The position numbers and the translations under genes were made by a program. The notes beneath the pieces were generated by a model. The model was not told the DNA's origin, made no database searches, and saw only the letters and a list, made by a program, of their open reading frames with translations. This document shows positions 44,401-57,384 of a stretch of 64,000 nt of DNA, one piece after another. The stretch lies in assembly GCA_030704615.1 (NCBI GenBank), contig CM060732.1:24676001-24740000 (forward strand). Reading direction: 5' to 3'. Source of the DNA: Takakia lepidozioides. Taxonomy: Eukaryota > Plantae > Bryophyta. The first letter of the stretch is position 1, and every line of letters begins with the position of its first letter.

Positions 44401-47400
44401 GTTTGGTTGAGCTCAAGAGCTGTAGTGCTTGCTTGTTACCAAGTAAGATCCAAGGTTAAAGCTATGTGGTAGGTGTGCCCTAACCCGGTGGGTGCAGGGC
44501 CTCAAGGAGGAGGGCTGTGGAGCAAAGGCGTGTGGTTGCTTTTCAGCATGCCACCATCAACTTCTTCACTTATGGTTTCCCTGTAGGACCCCTTTTCCTC
44601 CGAATGTCAATAGTCCAAAAGTTTCTGTTCATTGTTTGGCAGGGTTGCTTCACAAAATTGTTGCCAATGTGCTGCGCCCACGCTCAGATCATGTGCTCAC
44701 CTACTGTTCGTCTGTACTGTGTTGGTTATTCATTGGTGCTTGCTTATGTCATACTAAGAGAGGTGCACTCTTAGACCTTGCTTACGGTAGCCTGGGGGTG
44801 GTAGATCCTCACCTGATTTGGATGAAAATGTGGGTGGGAGGGATGAGGGGGTTGAGAGGAGAACAAGATGGGCCTTGACACTTACAGGAGTTGGATTGGC
44901 CTTCCAGATTGCGTATGTCATTTATTTGGAACTGTGAGAGGTGCACTCATTAGACCTTACTTCAGTAGACTGGTGGCTGTAGTTCCCGACCTGGTTTGAA
45001 TGGGGAAGTGGGTGAGAATGGGGAGGGAGGGGGGTGGGAAAGGGGCCACTACACTTGCAGAAGGCTTGGTATTGGCCTTCAAAATTTGGTCTAGAAAGCC
45101 CTCAAGTCTAGCATCAGTTTGACAGGCGTATTCACTCGGAGTTCAAATCCAAGGAAGGCTACAACTGTCTGCACTGTTTTGAGCTGGGGCAGTAGTGTGA
45201 TTCTTTCAGAGAGGGCCTCTCACTCAGCAATCATTGCTTATGGAATGACATCATCGAGTATGAATACCATTGGATTGCCCTGGATATATTCAAGGACCTT
45301 TCAATCCCCCTCTTCTGCCATGACTTAGCCTGTTGACAGTTGGGTCTTGCTCAAAAGGGACAGAGTCAACAATCATCAGGAATATTGGGACAGGTCCAGC
45401 CTCTTTCTATGGCTTTTCGACAGCCTTCTAAATGGTACCTCCCAGCATGCTGAGAGAGAATGTACTCATAAGACTAATGTACTCATAAGCCGACGTTCGC
45501 CGTAGCCTCATGCTGAGAGAGGGAGGGAAAGTGGGTATGTGCTGAGTTACATGTGGGATTGGGTTGCTGGGCTGGTAGGTCTGTGTGGTGGCACTAATAT
45601 GTTGGAGCTTCACCTATGCTAGTCTCTGTGCATTTGGATTGCTGCTATATGTGGGCTACATCTTCTTTGCCTTCCCATCTATCATCACTCTGCGCCGTCT
45701 CAACCCATTGTTACTCAGCTTCATCTTGTCATGGGCTTTGAGTACATATGTGTTCAATGCAGCCTTCTCCCTCATGGATGATGAGTTGGATACGGTGCGT
45801 CTGTGGCACCTTTCTCACTGTATTCTGCTGTACACATCTGCAAGCGTGCTGCCTTCTGCTGTTGCATGTCTGTATTATTTTCGAGGGTGAGTGCAGGGGT
45901 GAAAGATATTTTTGTGGGGACTTTCCACTGTGGTGCTCTGGAAATGTCTGAATTTGTTGAGGAACTTAGTCATCAGCTTGTCTGATTTGCTAAAAACACT
46001 GCTGAGTTGAGACGAGGATATTTTTGTAGGAGAAAGAGGGGATGGTGTCAGTTGTTTACTTCCTAACCTTCTTTGTGCTGGGTATCAGGGAATGAACCTG
46101 TGGCACACAATTGGGCTTTGGCATTATTCAACTCCAGGGCTGTTCATCTTTGCTCTGTATGCACTTGGGATCCTTGTGGCTACAGATATATTTGTGAGCA
46201 ACAACATTTTGAACAGTTCAAGTGAAATGGAAAGCCCCAACAACGAGGACCCTAATGTCTTGGAAGGTCTGTAGTGTTCTCTCCTCTACGTGGTGTTCTG
46301 TACTCTTGGTAGTCTCCACCTCAGTTGAGGAATGCATACGTGCCAATTTATTTCTCTCTTTTTCAATAATTCTTTTGCTCTCTCCAACCCTCTTGTCCCG
46401 CATCTCCTTATTCCATCTGTCCATGCAAGCTTTTCCCCTTTAGTTCTGGGATTTCTTTGATACTTCGGAGTTTTCTCACACGGGTTGTTTTTTTTCATCT
46501 GATTTTGTTCGCTACCAATCTCCTTCCGGCAAGTCTTAATCCATTGGTGAAGTTCTTTTATCATTCACTAACTGGCATCAGTTAAAGAGCTATTCTCTCT
46601 TCTGTGGAGGGATTGCTGTTTGGATGTGTTGGCACTTTCATGCTTGTCATTTTTATCATTTACTCTCAGGTTGTGTGTACTGGGTTGCAAGATAATACGG
46701 TACGGTACAATATCAATGATGGTACAATATGGTACTGTACTGCACAATACGGTACGGTATGGTATTTGGTATCAATGATGGTGATGTAATACCACAAGTA
46801 AAAAGCTTCCTGTCCTCACCGGGTTGTGGATAGGTGCTTTACCTCTGAAGTATTGAGGTGTCCAGTGAGATGCTACTGGAATCATCAGCCAATGGAAGGT
46901 GGTAGCACCTGTATCTTTCATTCAAATTCTCTTTGTAAATGTGTTTTTTGTGTTGCAGCTCGGGCAGATAAGAAGGCCGTGGTACTGGCAGTGGTTGCTT
47001 GGTGCGTGCGCAGATGTGCTCATGTAATATCCCTGCTTCTGATTTTCAATGTGGGATTGAAGCCTGGCCTGGTTCATGCAGTTTACAGTAAGCATTTTTT
47101 TCCTTTGCTTGTCAATTTCCAGGCTATGGATGTAAGTCAAACAATTATTTGCTTTGTCGACTCTATCACTGAAATTGTATTTATAATCTTCCCATCATAA
47201 CACCTTGTTGCAATGCTGAGATTAAAAGTAGGTTCAGAGCTTGCACGGCATATGCTTGTCTCACAGGACAAAGGCATAAATCCTGTTAGTGTCTTGTGTG
47301 CAGTGGGGTTCTTTCTGGTATATTTGGTGAGCTCGTCAGTGGCCAAGAGTTGGAGACAGTACTTGATTCTTCAATGTGAGCTGCACTTTGCTTTGCTGTA

Positions 47401-50400
47401 CTTGTTACAACTGGACTCTATCTCTGCAGCTTTGGACACGAATGAGGGTTTGCTGAAGCAGACTCTTTCTATCTTAGGTGAGTGATGCAACCCAGTGAAC
47501 TCTGACTTCCATTTCTGTGCTTGTCAAAGAAAGTTCATTCTGTGCACAAGGTCTTCAGATGAAAATCAGCACCCTTAGAAGAGATGTCAGTAAGTGAACC
47601 TCTATTGCAATCCTCATGTCAGCTTATCGCAACCCTCCATAGATATTGCCGGGTGCAGGTTATCCACCTGAAGATTGTGGTAGAAGCCTGTCGATTGATT
47701 TCATTGCAGGCTCCCTTATCAAAAGAACAGAAAAATAGTAGTTTGGTTCCTTGAAGAAACTCTCAGAGGCTGGAGTATTTCTTCTTAGAGCATTGAAAAG
47801 GCCCTCAAGGACCTATTCTATACAGAAGACAAGGCTGAGTGCACTAAAAAAGATGGTGTTGTTGAGTAGTGAATTATGGAATCTGTAAAAAGCAGAGCAT
47901 GTTTGGAAATCAGATCCAAGGGGCATGATGATCCAAAAGAGCTCCTTCTGACCCTCTCGGCTATTGCAAGCACAGTCTCTCTTTCGTCTTTTATGGCTAA
48001 GTAAACTGGGGTGTCTTTTCTCGCACTTAGTTGGTGGCTTATGCTTTAGCTCACTATTGCATATCCTGATCGTCGATTCTGCCTGTTGGGGTTTTTTGCA
48101 TTTTTATAGCAGCTGAGACTAACAAGTGAGTCCAAAGAAATAAATGTATCTTGGCCTATAGCACTTGGTATCAATTCTAACCACAGAGTAGCGGGTATTG
48201 GCATGGAAAATAGGAGGGTTATGTCATTGAATGAGGGTGGGACGCAGAAAGGATTGTTTTTCCCTGTAATATAGTGTTTAAGAGCCTAAAGCCAACCGCA
48301 CTTGTTTGAAGAAACAAAATTAGGGGTGTTGTGGATTAATTTTGTGCAGGTTTATGGAATAAAGCCAAGTTCCAAGATTTTGTGAGTATTGCGGCACTCC
48401 TGTGCTTTTCAGCAGTCCAAAACCATGGCCTCAAGGTGATGAGCTCCTTGTCAGCCACAGTGCAGCAGAGCCCTCAGCCACCTTTAGGTTGGGGTATCCT
48501 ACGGAATGGCAATGGCCGCTCGTTTCTTTTGTCGGTGTACGCTTCCCAGAATTTTGGTTATCTTCAGCAAGAAATCAACGCTTCTGGTATGAGGACCTAG
48601 TGTCTTGCTTAGAAACGCTGATCTCTCTCTCTCTGTGTGCAAACAAAAGAGTGTTGGTTGTATGACATGATTTTTCCTTGTTTTGCTGGCACCCTTTTAC
48701 TGCATACTGCTAAACAAATTAGCTTTGCTTCATGTTTTGCAGCAAATTGGGTGACAAAACACCTTTCGACAGTATCAGAGAGGATCCGATTCACCTACCA
48801 TATGTTTGGGACATACATTGCTTACACAACTGTTCTGCTGGTTATATATGGTGTGGATCAGAATTTTGTGTCTTTCGGATATCTGTGCTTGTTGCTGTTT
48901 TGGATAGTTGGGCGACAAGTGCTGGGAAGAAACAGGGCACACCTCTGGCTTCCCTTGATGGTGTTTGCCGGTGTGGTGTTTGTTATTCGCTATATCCTGA
49001 GTGTTTTTCCAGACCTCCGCACACAGGTGGATGCCTGGCTGTCATTGAAATCAGGCTTGGGCTTTGATACTGGAGCATCAGTGTTTCATCATCTATGGGA
49101 CCCATTGGCAATATTGATAGTCATACAACTCTTCAGGTTTGAGCGGGCACAAAACGTGCTCATACTGGAAGACTCAGATCAGGCGGGAGATCACATTGAT
49201 TCAAACTTGGGTTATGTTGGATTCATCAAACGGTTTCTCATTTTGCATTGCGGGAAACTTTTGTCTATTTCTGTGTTTTATGCGGCCATTTCCCCAGTGA
49301 GTGCAATTGGCTTCTTGTACCTCATAATGCTTGTAGTCACATGTAATATGTCCAAGACGTCTCGCCTGCCGGGCCAATCATATGCAATGTACACTGCCTT
49401 AATAGTGGCATGTGAGTACCTCTTTCAGATGTGGGGTCAACAAGCAGAGATGTTCTCACACCAAGCCCATGGGGATTTCGCCTTTTGGCTAGGGCTTCGG
49501 ATGTATGAGGTGGGATTTTGGGGTATAGAGGCTGGGTTAAGAAGCAAAGCATTGGTGCTGGTAGCATGCATCTTGCAGTGCACTACGCTCGGGTGGCTGG
49601 AGGTGTTACCTGCCTCTCTTCGAGTTGGTGAGCAGTATGAAGAGCCTTGCTTGCTGTTTCTTCCATACCCTCAGCGAAGCCGCAACCCTGTGCGATTCCC
49701 AGTTGAGATTGACCCGGTGCTGGAAAGAAACCAGACAAACTTGCCTTTTGGGCCCAGCACACCAGTAAACATCTCCCAACGAAGCCAGAGTTCAGAAGCC
49801 AACATGCCCCTTCTGTCTGAGTCAAGTACTGCACTGCCACACAGCAGGCAGCCACAAAGCATCAATGAACCTGAAACGAGTGGGCATCCTAACTTGGGCT
49901 CACCTTGGGGAAGTGCGTCGGATAGCCGGCGGTGGTCTAAGCGAGCCATGCTGCTGTTGAAGCAGGACAGGTATAAGGCGCAGCTACGGACATTGAGCAT
50001 CTTTCTGAAGCATATGGCAGAGCATTTCTGCCAGCTTTATGGTCTGGAGCTCACCATGCTGGCCCTGTTGGTGGGCAGCTTTGCGCTGCTCAATGTGGTG
50101 TCCCTGCTATACATTTTGGTGCTGGCAAGCTGCATTGTCCTAAGCAGGCATACATTACGGATGCTGTGGCCTTTCTTTGTGGTATTGTTTGCATGTGTGA
50201 TGGTTACTGAATATGCAGTGCTTGGAAAAGCACCTCCTCCTTGGAATGTTCCTTCGTGGTTTGGAACAGATGCGCCGTTTCAATGTCACAACTGTTGGAA
50301 TAGTCACCACAACCACTATGCATATTGCTGGAGGTGTTGGCTTGGTATGTCTGTCGCTCATGTCTTTTTCCTGGGGATAAGTTTCTTCTTGGTGTGTGGC

Positions 50401-53400
50401 AGAATTGGGTGGTCTGTTCATATAGTATACAATACTTATGTGGAATAGTAGGGCCTTCGGATTGACCCTATTGCTCTTTAGGAGCTATTAGATCTGCACT
50501 TCTTGATAACTCCTTTTCAGAATTATGCTAGGATTCTGTGGGTCATGTTGAGATTAATCATCCTTTCTTGAAACATGCACAGAAGTAGCAGCTTTGCCAG
50601 GTGGATTTGCAGGGCCTCTCCCCTCCCTTTCCCTGAATCAGATGAATGAGGAGAAATGTGTCTGGATGTTGGTTGGGGTGTTTGTAGGAGTGGTGGTTGA
50701 TGACCGACAAACACTGGTGGCCCATTTCATGGTGTTCCTGGTGGGCTCTTTCCAGCTACGTGCTAACATGTCAGCAGGAGGCTTAGACACACGCTCCTTG
50801 CATGCAGCCATTATCCCAGCGAGTGATAGGTTAGCCTGGAAAGCAATCTCGTATGAAACAACGACCCAATGGACATGGCTGGACCATTTGCGCTTTTTCT
50901 TCTACTGCTACCTCCTTCACGTTGTTCTATTGTTGTTGTTTGTGACTGGAACCCTGCAGTACGATGTTTTGCACTTGGGGTACCTTGCATTCTCTCTGAT
51001 TTTCTTTCGCATGGGTGGCACCATCATGGAGCGCCGCAACAGCATCTTCTGGTTCTTACGCCTCTACAACTTCATCCTCATTGGGGCATCACTGATCTAC
51101 CAGGCACCCTACTTTGGCAACTTGGGTAGCCAGACGTGTACACTGCCGTTTGGGTTATATAACATTGTTGGCCTCTACAAATATGACTATGGCTTTCGCA
51201 TCACGGAACGGTCAGCCCTGGTAGATATCACTATCTTCTGTCTGGTGGGGCTGCAGGCCCACATCTTTCGGTCCCGTGAGTTTGAGCAGGTGCTACGCTA
51301 CCTTGAAGCACAGAAAGTGGAAGCACGGGCTCATGCACAGGTATACTCTTACACATTCTTCCCGCTTAAATGTGGGATGATGGTTTTCAAGATGTTTGCT
51401 TGTGCAGTCCATGGGCAGGTGATTTTCTGTGTCTGCCATTCCCAAACATTTGGATGTAATTGTTGCTCGATGCTCGTAGATGAGTTTCTCAGTGCTTTTC
51501 ACCCTCATTGAGTTGATTGGATTTGACATCATTGAGGGCGATATTCCGTGTATGCAGGAGCACAAAGCAGCGTGGAAGAAAGAGCAGCTGCAGCGCATAC
51601 GCGAGATGGACGAGCGCAAGCAGCAACGTCGCCAGCAAGTGGACAAGATGAAGTCTGATATGCTGCATATGCAACTACAATTGGAAGTGCTTGACTCTAC
51701 CGGGCCTATGTTTGAGCTGGCTGATCGTGGTGAGCCTATTCACCCATCAGCCTCACGCTTTTCATCACCTCAGTCCCCCAAACCCTCTCCTGGCAATCCT
51801 AGAGTCTTGGAGCGGCTTACATCTGAGACGGCAATGACCAGGGTGGCTGAGTCAGGGGTGATCCGGGGCTTGAGTTTTAATGAGGACCCTCCAGCAACCT
51901 CACCCTGTGTCAAACAACATGCTGGGCATTCAGATAGGAGTGATGAAGAGTACAGTAATGTTCGCCGTAGAAAAAGTGAACTTGTGAAAAAGAAGTTTTC
52001 AACTGCCAATGATACACATCTTGTGGAGAGATCTGAAAAAACAAAAGAGCTGCACCCTGACAGACCGCATAAAGCTGCAACAGACACTGTAGCACCCACC
52101 AGTGCATTGGCAGGCTTGGGCCCAGCAAGTCCTTTGCTGCCAAGCACCTCTAGAAAGGAAATGGAGAAAAAGGATCAACAAGATGACAGCAGAGCATCCC
52201 AGAGGCAGGGACTGCTGTCAGGCGTGCAGTTGCTGGAAGAAGGTGTTGCCCAGGTGCAGTCGCTGGGGAACAAAGCACTGGCTAATTTGGTGGGTCTTTT
52301 GAATTTGGAACAAGAGGATGACAGCATGGAAAGCTCTTCCACTGAAGATGAAGGCCACTTTGATATGGGAGGGGGCCATATCAAGGAAGCAGCGGGGTTT
52401 GACCAACCACACAATGTAGCAGAGGAAGGCTCTCAACAGTTGAGAATAAGTGAGACATGGCGGCGGCTGTGCATGGTGTGCTACTTCTTGTGGTGTCAGT
52501 TCCGTGGCAACACTGACATTGTCTGCTACTTTTTCTTTGTTCTTGTCTATGTATGGAATTTCAGTTTCTTGACACTTGTGTTTCCTGCTACCCTCTTTAT
52601 GTATGCACTGCTGGCAAACCCAGGCCCCAGCCAACACTTCTGGTTGGCCATGCTTATATACACGGAGTTAAACATTTTACTTCAGTATTGTTATCAGATT
52701 CGTGTGAAACATTGTGACCATAAGGACGTAACACAATGGTGGAGAAAATTCGGAATTCCAGGCGCAGAGATGACCCACTCTTTTGTTTTCAGTGTGCTTC
52801 CTCTCTTTCTGGTATACTTGGCTACCTTAATGCAGAGCTCCATCAAAGCTCGAGATGGGGAGTGGCTGTTTGTGAATGAAAGCAGGTCATTTTCCTCAAG
52901 TCGGCGCGTGTTGGATCCAGAGGGGCAGATTGAGGCCTCCCATAGGTTGGCTTTACATGAAAGGTTGAGGAAGTGTGGGAAATGGGTGAGGGACATGTTC
53001 GACAGCATCATAAGAGGGCTGTCCAGATACGTCCAAGCTCTAACAAGTGGCTCAGAGGCTCCTCCCCACTTCGTTCAAGTGTCTGTCCATGTGGGCAAGT
53101 GGCCAGAAGCAGGGATTCAGCCAGAGCGGATTGAGTCCGGATTTAATCGGCTCCTTGCTGCAGTGTGCCAATCTGGATCTAGGGATGTTCTCAAGGACAT
53201 GTGCAGTCGTGTACGCGTGGAGAGCATTGAAAGCAGTCCCGAAAACATGCATACAGCTCTGGCAGTGCTGGAGGTGATTTATGCAGCCCCTTCTCGACCA
53301 GGCCCAGCTAGTGTTCACTATCTTTCGCTCACACCAGCAGCTGATGTTGCGGCGGAGCTGCAGAAAGCAAAAGAGAATGGGCAAGTGGAGGCAAATGGAT

Positions 53401-56400
53401 TTCCTTACCCTATACTGTCGGTGATACCTGGGGGCAAGCGTGAAGTAGATTTGTATGCCTACATCTTCGGCACTGATTTAATTACGTTCCTGTTCGTGGC
53501 GCTCTTATATCAATCATTTGTGAAGGACAGTCCTGAGTTGCTGTATGCCACCCAAGTTGAGGACCAATTTCCCAAAGACTTTGTCTTTGTGCTTATGGTG
53601 CGATGTCTCTCCCTTTTCTGTTTCTTCATTGGCTCTAGTAAATTTTCATGCTGACTGGATCGGCTGGGTGGGGGTTGTTATGTACAAACTTGGCATGTGT
53701 GTCTTGGTCTTTTCATTCATGTCAAGCAGAAGACCTGCACAGCCATGTGTTTAAGTGATGAACAGAAGACTGAGATAGGGATGGATAGCCAGATAGATGC
53801 CAAGGGGGTGACAGTTATACTGAAGTGTGGAGCTTGTTGGTTGTGGTGGCACATTATGCAGACACTGTTCTTTTTTATTGTGGTTGACCGTGTGCTCTAT
53901 CTTAGCTCTTTTGCCACCGGCAAGGTGGCCTATTACTTTCTCAGCCTCTGTCTCTACACATCCTATGTGTCACAGTTTGTGTGGGGGATGGAGTACAGTG
54001 ATACCAACTACCATTTTCAGCTGTTGCCATTACGATTTTTCTACATGATGAAGGCGTTATCACTGGCACTGCAAGCGTTGCAAATAAAGTTCGGTCCCCC
54101 TCACAAGAGTGCCCTGTATGGCCAGTTTCTGGCAAGACGTGTGAATGCTCTCAGCTGGGTGGGTTTCCGTTTGTACCGGGCACTGCCCTTTCTGTTTGAG
54201 CTGCGCTGCGTGTTGGACTGGTCGTGCACCACCACTGCGCTCAACATGTATGACTGGCTCAAGGTGAGCTTTCATTCTCTCTTCAGCAGCATAGTTGAGC
54301 AATGTCTGTGCAAGATAAAGTTTCAAGAAACAAAAAATTGATGTTTTGGGCTTGAGCTTGTGGAAATGGCCTGAGTCATGTGCAATAGAAGAAAATCCCT
54401 TGCAGGTTAGTTTTACCATTATCAAGAAAAACTTAAACATTGAATGTGTTTGCTTCACATCGTGTTTCAAAAGCCAGGCATGAAAAGATAAGGTAAATGG
54501 GATTTTTTATTTTTGTTTGTTACCAAGCAGGGCTGTTCATTCCCTGTGAATGTCACCGTGACACACCCATGTGGGCATAGGCCCCGTGGGGTGCTAACCG
54601 TCCTGGAGCCGATTGTAGGGTCTTAGCTCACTAGGGGTTATCAGACTTGACCCAAATTACATCTTACATAACACTTTGTACTTGCTGGTGTGGCTCTACC
54701 ATGTGGAACAGCTGGAGGACATATATGGGAGTTTATTTCTCGTGCAGTGTGATATCAAGCTTGTGAGGGAGAGGCATCGGTTGGGGCAAAAGCAGGGAAT
54801 GTGGATCAAGTTCGGCAGTGGTGTACTCCTCTTTGCAATTCTCATCGCTGTCATATGGGCTCCCATGCTGGTGTGTGTTACCCCACACCTTTCATTTGAA
54901 CAAGTTTTCTGAAGGTGTGCATTGTTTACAATACCACCCTCATTGCATCTCTTGCAGTGTTCTGTGTGTGTGGTATTCTTCTGTTTGGATTGCAGAGAGA
55001 TATCTCGAACCAGCTGATACTTGCGGCCGAGTTTTGCACGACTCTTAAGCACCACACCACACTAACCGGGATCTATGCCCATATGTGAACAAATAATATA
55101 GGAAGCGCTGTGCTCATAGGAGCACACAGGAGTGCAATACTCCTCTGCCACTGTCATATATGTAAAATATGTCGATATGTCATAGCATATACTGAGCCCA
55201 TATGACAGCTGTGTTCATAGGAGCAGAGCATACTGACTTGACTCAGTATGAGGTATGGCATAGGCTCCTTGTAGATTTGCTGATGAAGGATTCCTGTGCT
55301 TTTGGGTGGCTGCACAGATCTATAGCAGTGGTAACCCAACCAACAATGTGAATCCCATCCAAGATGTCCATGGAGGCATTGAAGTCAAAACAGCGGGTGG
55401 AATGTTCAAACTTTATCAAACAGGCCTGTGCCATATTCACTCCTTGGATGTTTATCCAAGTGGCAGCTATTCCATACTGGCTGGTTATGACCCACGTGAT
55501 GTACAGATCATATGTTGTGAACCAGATGCAGCTGCTCTCTGGCTGATCCCACCTGGCACACTGCAGAGCTTGATACGCTCTATTGATGATGATGACCTGT
55601 CTTTCATTTCTTGGTGGGAATTTAACCGTGACCGACCAAAAGAGAAGGAACTAGCTCAGTATGTTGAAAAAGGGGTCAACATAAACACCAGCCTGGTGGG
55701 CCCTCAGTTGAAGGCCGTGTTGAATGGCACCCTGCATTCTGTCAACATACCTGATCTCTACCCTCGCTTTTTTCGAGTGCCTGGTTCTGGTGAAGTTCGG
55801 GTGTTGGAAAACACAGATGTAAGGCATCCTTTCCCAGAATTGTTACACTTGGTGTGCTTTATCCCTCTTATGCTGTGGTTTGCTCCTAATCTCTTTGTCC
55901 AGTCTGTAGAGGCACTAAACCAAGTACATGTGCATTTTGGTGTAAATAGTCTAATTGGTTGGTAGCTTGGGTGCATCTAACACAGCATGACAGTTGTTGC
56001 TGGGAAAGTCTATGACTATGCAGCTCTTTGCTTGCTGGCCTCCTGGAGTCATAGTTTAGAGCCTATTTGGTTGTTGGAAGTAGTGGCTTCTAGAAATTTG
56101 CAAATGACAATGAGCCAGCATATGGTTATTCTTATAAGCGAGTGTATGTTTGGAAGGGCCTTGTGAGTCTTTGGCGTTGAAGATTTTTCACACGTGGTGC
56201 TTGATTTGGTCTTGTGCAAGTGAAGACCCAGAAGGTTTCTGGCAACTTGACATTGAATCGAGGAGAAGGGACTTGGTGGTCATTCCTCCGGGATGGTGCC
56301 TCTGAGAGTGATGGCTGTGGCTCCATAATGGGCCCAATGGCCATCTCTGTATCAGAGGAAGTGCCTCCAAGTACGTTTCCATGTCTAATGCTGCTTGTTG

Positions 56401-57129
56401 TTGCTGCTGTTGAAGTTTCTTTCTTTCTTTCTATGTCCATGCTGTGTGCTGAAGTCAAACAGTGAAGGTCAGATATCTAGTGTTGACAAGTTTGATGATG
56501 TATATTTTTGGCCAACCAAACCATCTGCTGGTATTTGTGAACATCAATCAGACCACAAAAGAGCCCAGCATCATTGTACTGTAACCTCACACCTGCTTTC
56601 TTGGCACCCTCAAACGCCCCATGATCATTGTACTAAAGATGGCCCTCCGGATATTCATGTGCAGTGGGCTTAATAGGAGATTCTCTGAGTAAGTTCAGCA
56701 TCTGGAGTTTGTACATTACGTTTGTGTTGGCAGTGGGACGCTTTATTCGTCTGCAATGCTCTGATATCCGCATGCGCATTCCTTATGAAAACTTCCCCAC
56801 TTGTGACAGGTGTGGCCAGTCTGCCTTGCGTTGCTACTTGTGATTTTCCATGATTCTGGAACAACCTGTACTAATCCTGTTTGATTTAATGGAACAATGG
56901 TCCAACCATCTATCTTTTGAGGACCTCCAAAGTTTAGCACCGTGGGTAAAACTCTTATGGTGAGGGTGGTGGGTGGGTGATGATGGTGTGCAGGTTGTTA
57001 GCAATATGTGAGGACATATATGCAGCAAGGGCGGCAGGGGAGTTGGAGCTAGAGGAGGGTCTTTTTTGGACATTGATTAAGATCTATAGACAACCTTATA
57101 TTTTAATGGAATATACCAGAGTTGAGTAG
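41442..57129 (+). CDS. PIEZO: PIEZO mechanosensitive ion channel, multi-exon (about 20 or more exons)
   Basis: N-terminus MQASAIGAFAPVALLC|AAFGNWSLISL. Large exons at about 48743-50344, 50689-51340, 51558-53598, 53862-54263 and 55318-55819. Signature PFLFELRCVLDWSCTTTALNMYDWLK|LEDIY. Pore region SIWSLYITFVLAVGRFIR. C-terminus ICEDIYAARAAGELELEEGLFWTLIKIYRQPYILMEYTRVE*. Internal exon borders are approximate. Confidence 0.96.
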
Positions 57130-57384
57130 CGCCTTTTGATAAACTTACTGTAGTGGTCGATCGAATAGTTGCTCTATTGATTGGTCACTGTAGGCTGCCT
57201 TCCATTCTTGTGATGACCTCACTCCCAGGGGAGTTGTAGCCGTGGTGCTCGGAGTTGAGTAGCGCCTTTTGATAAACTTACTGTAGTGGTCGATCGAATA
57301 GTTGCTCTATTGATTGGTCACTGTAGGCTGCCCTCCATTCTTTTGATGACCTCACTCCCAGGCGAGTTGTAAGCGGTGGTGCTC
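57119..57384. repeat. Tandem duplication of 133 bp spanning the PIEZO stop codon and proximal 3-prime UTR
   Basis: GAGTTGAGTAGCGCCTTTTGATAAAC...GTGGTGCTC at 57119 and again at 57252, with a few substitutions. Confidence 0.92.
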
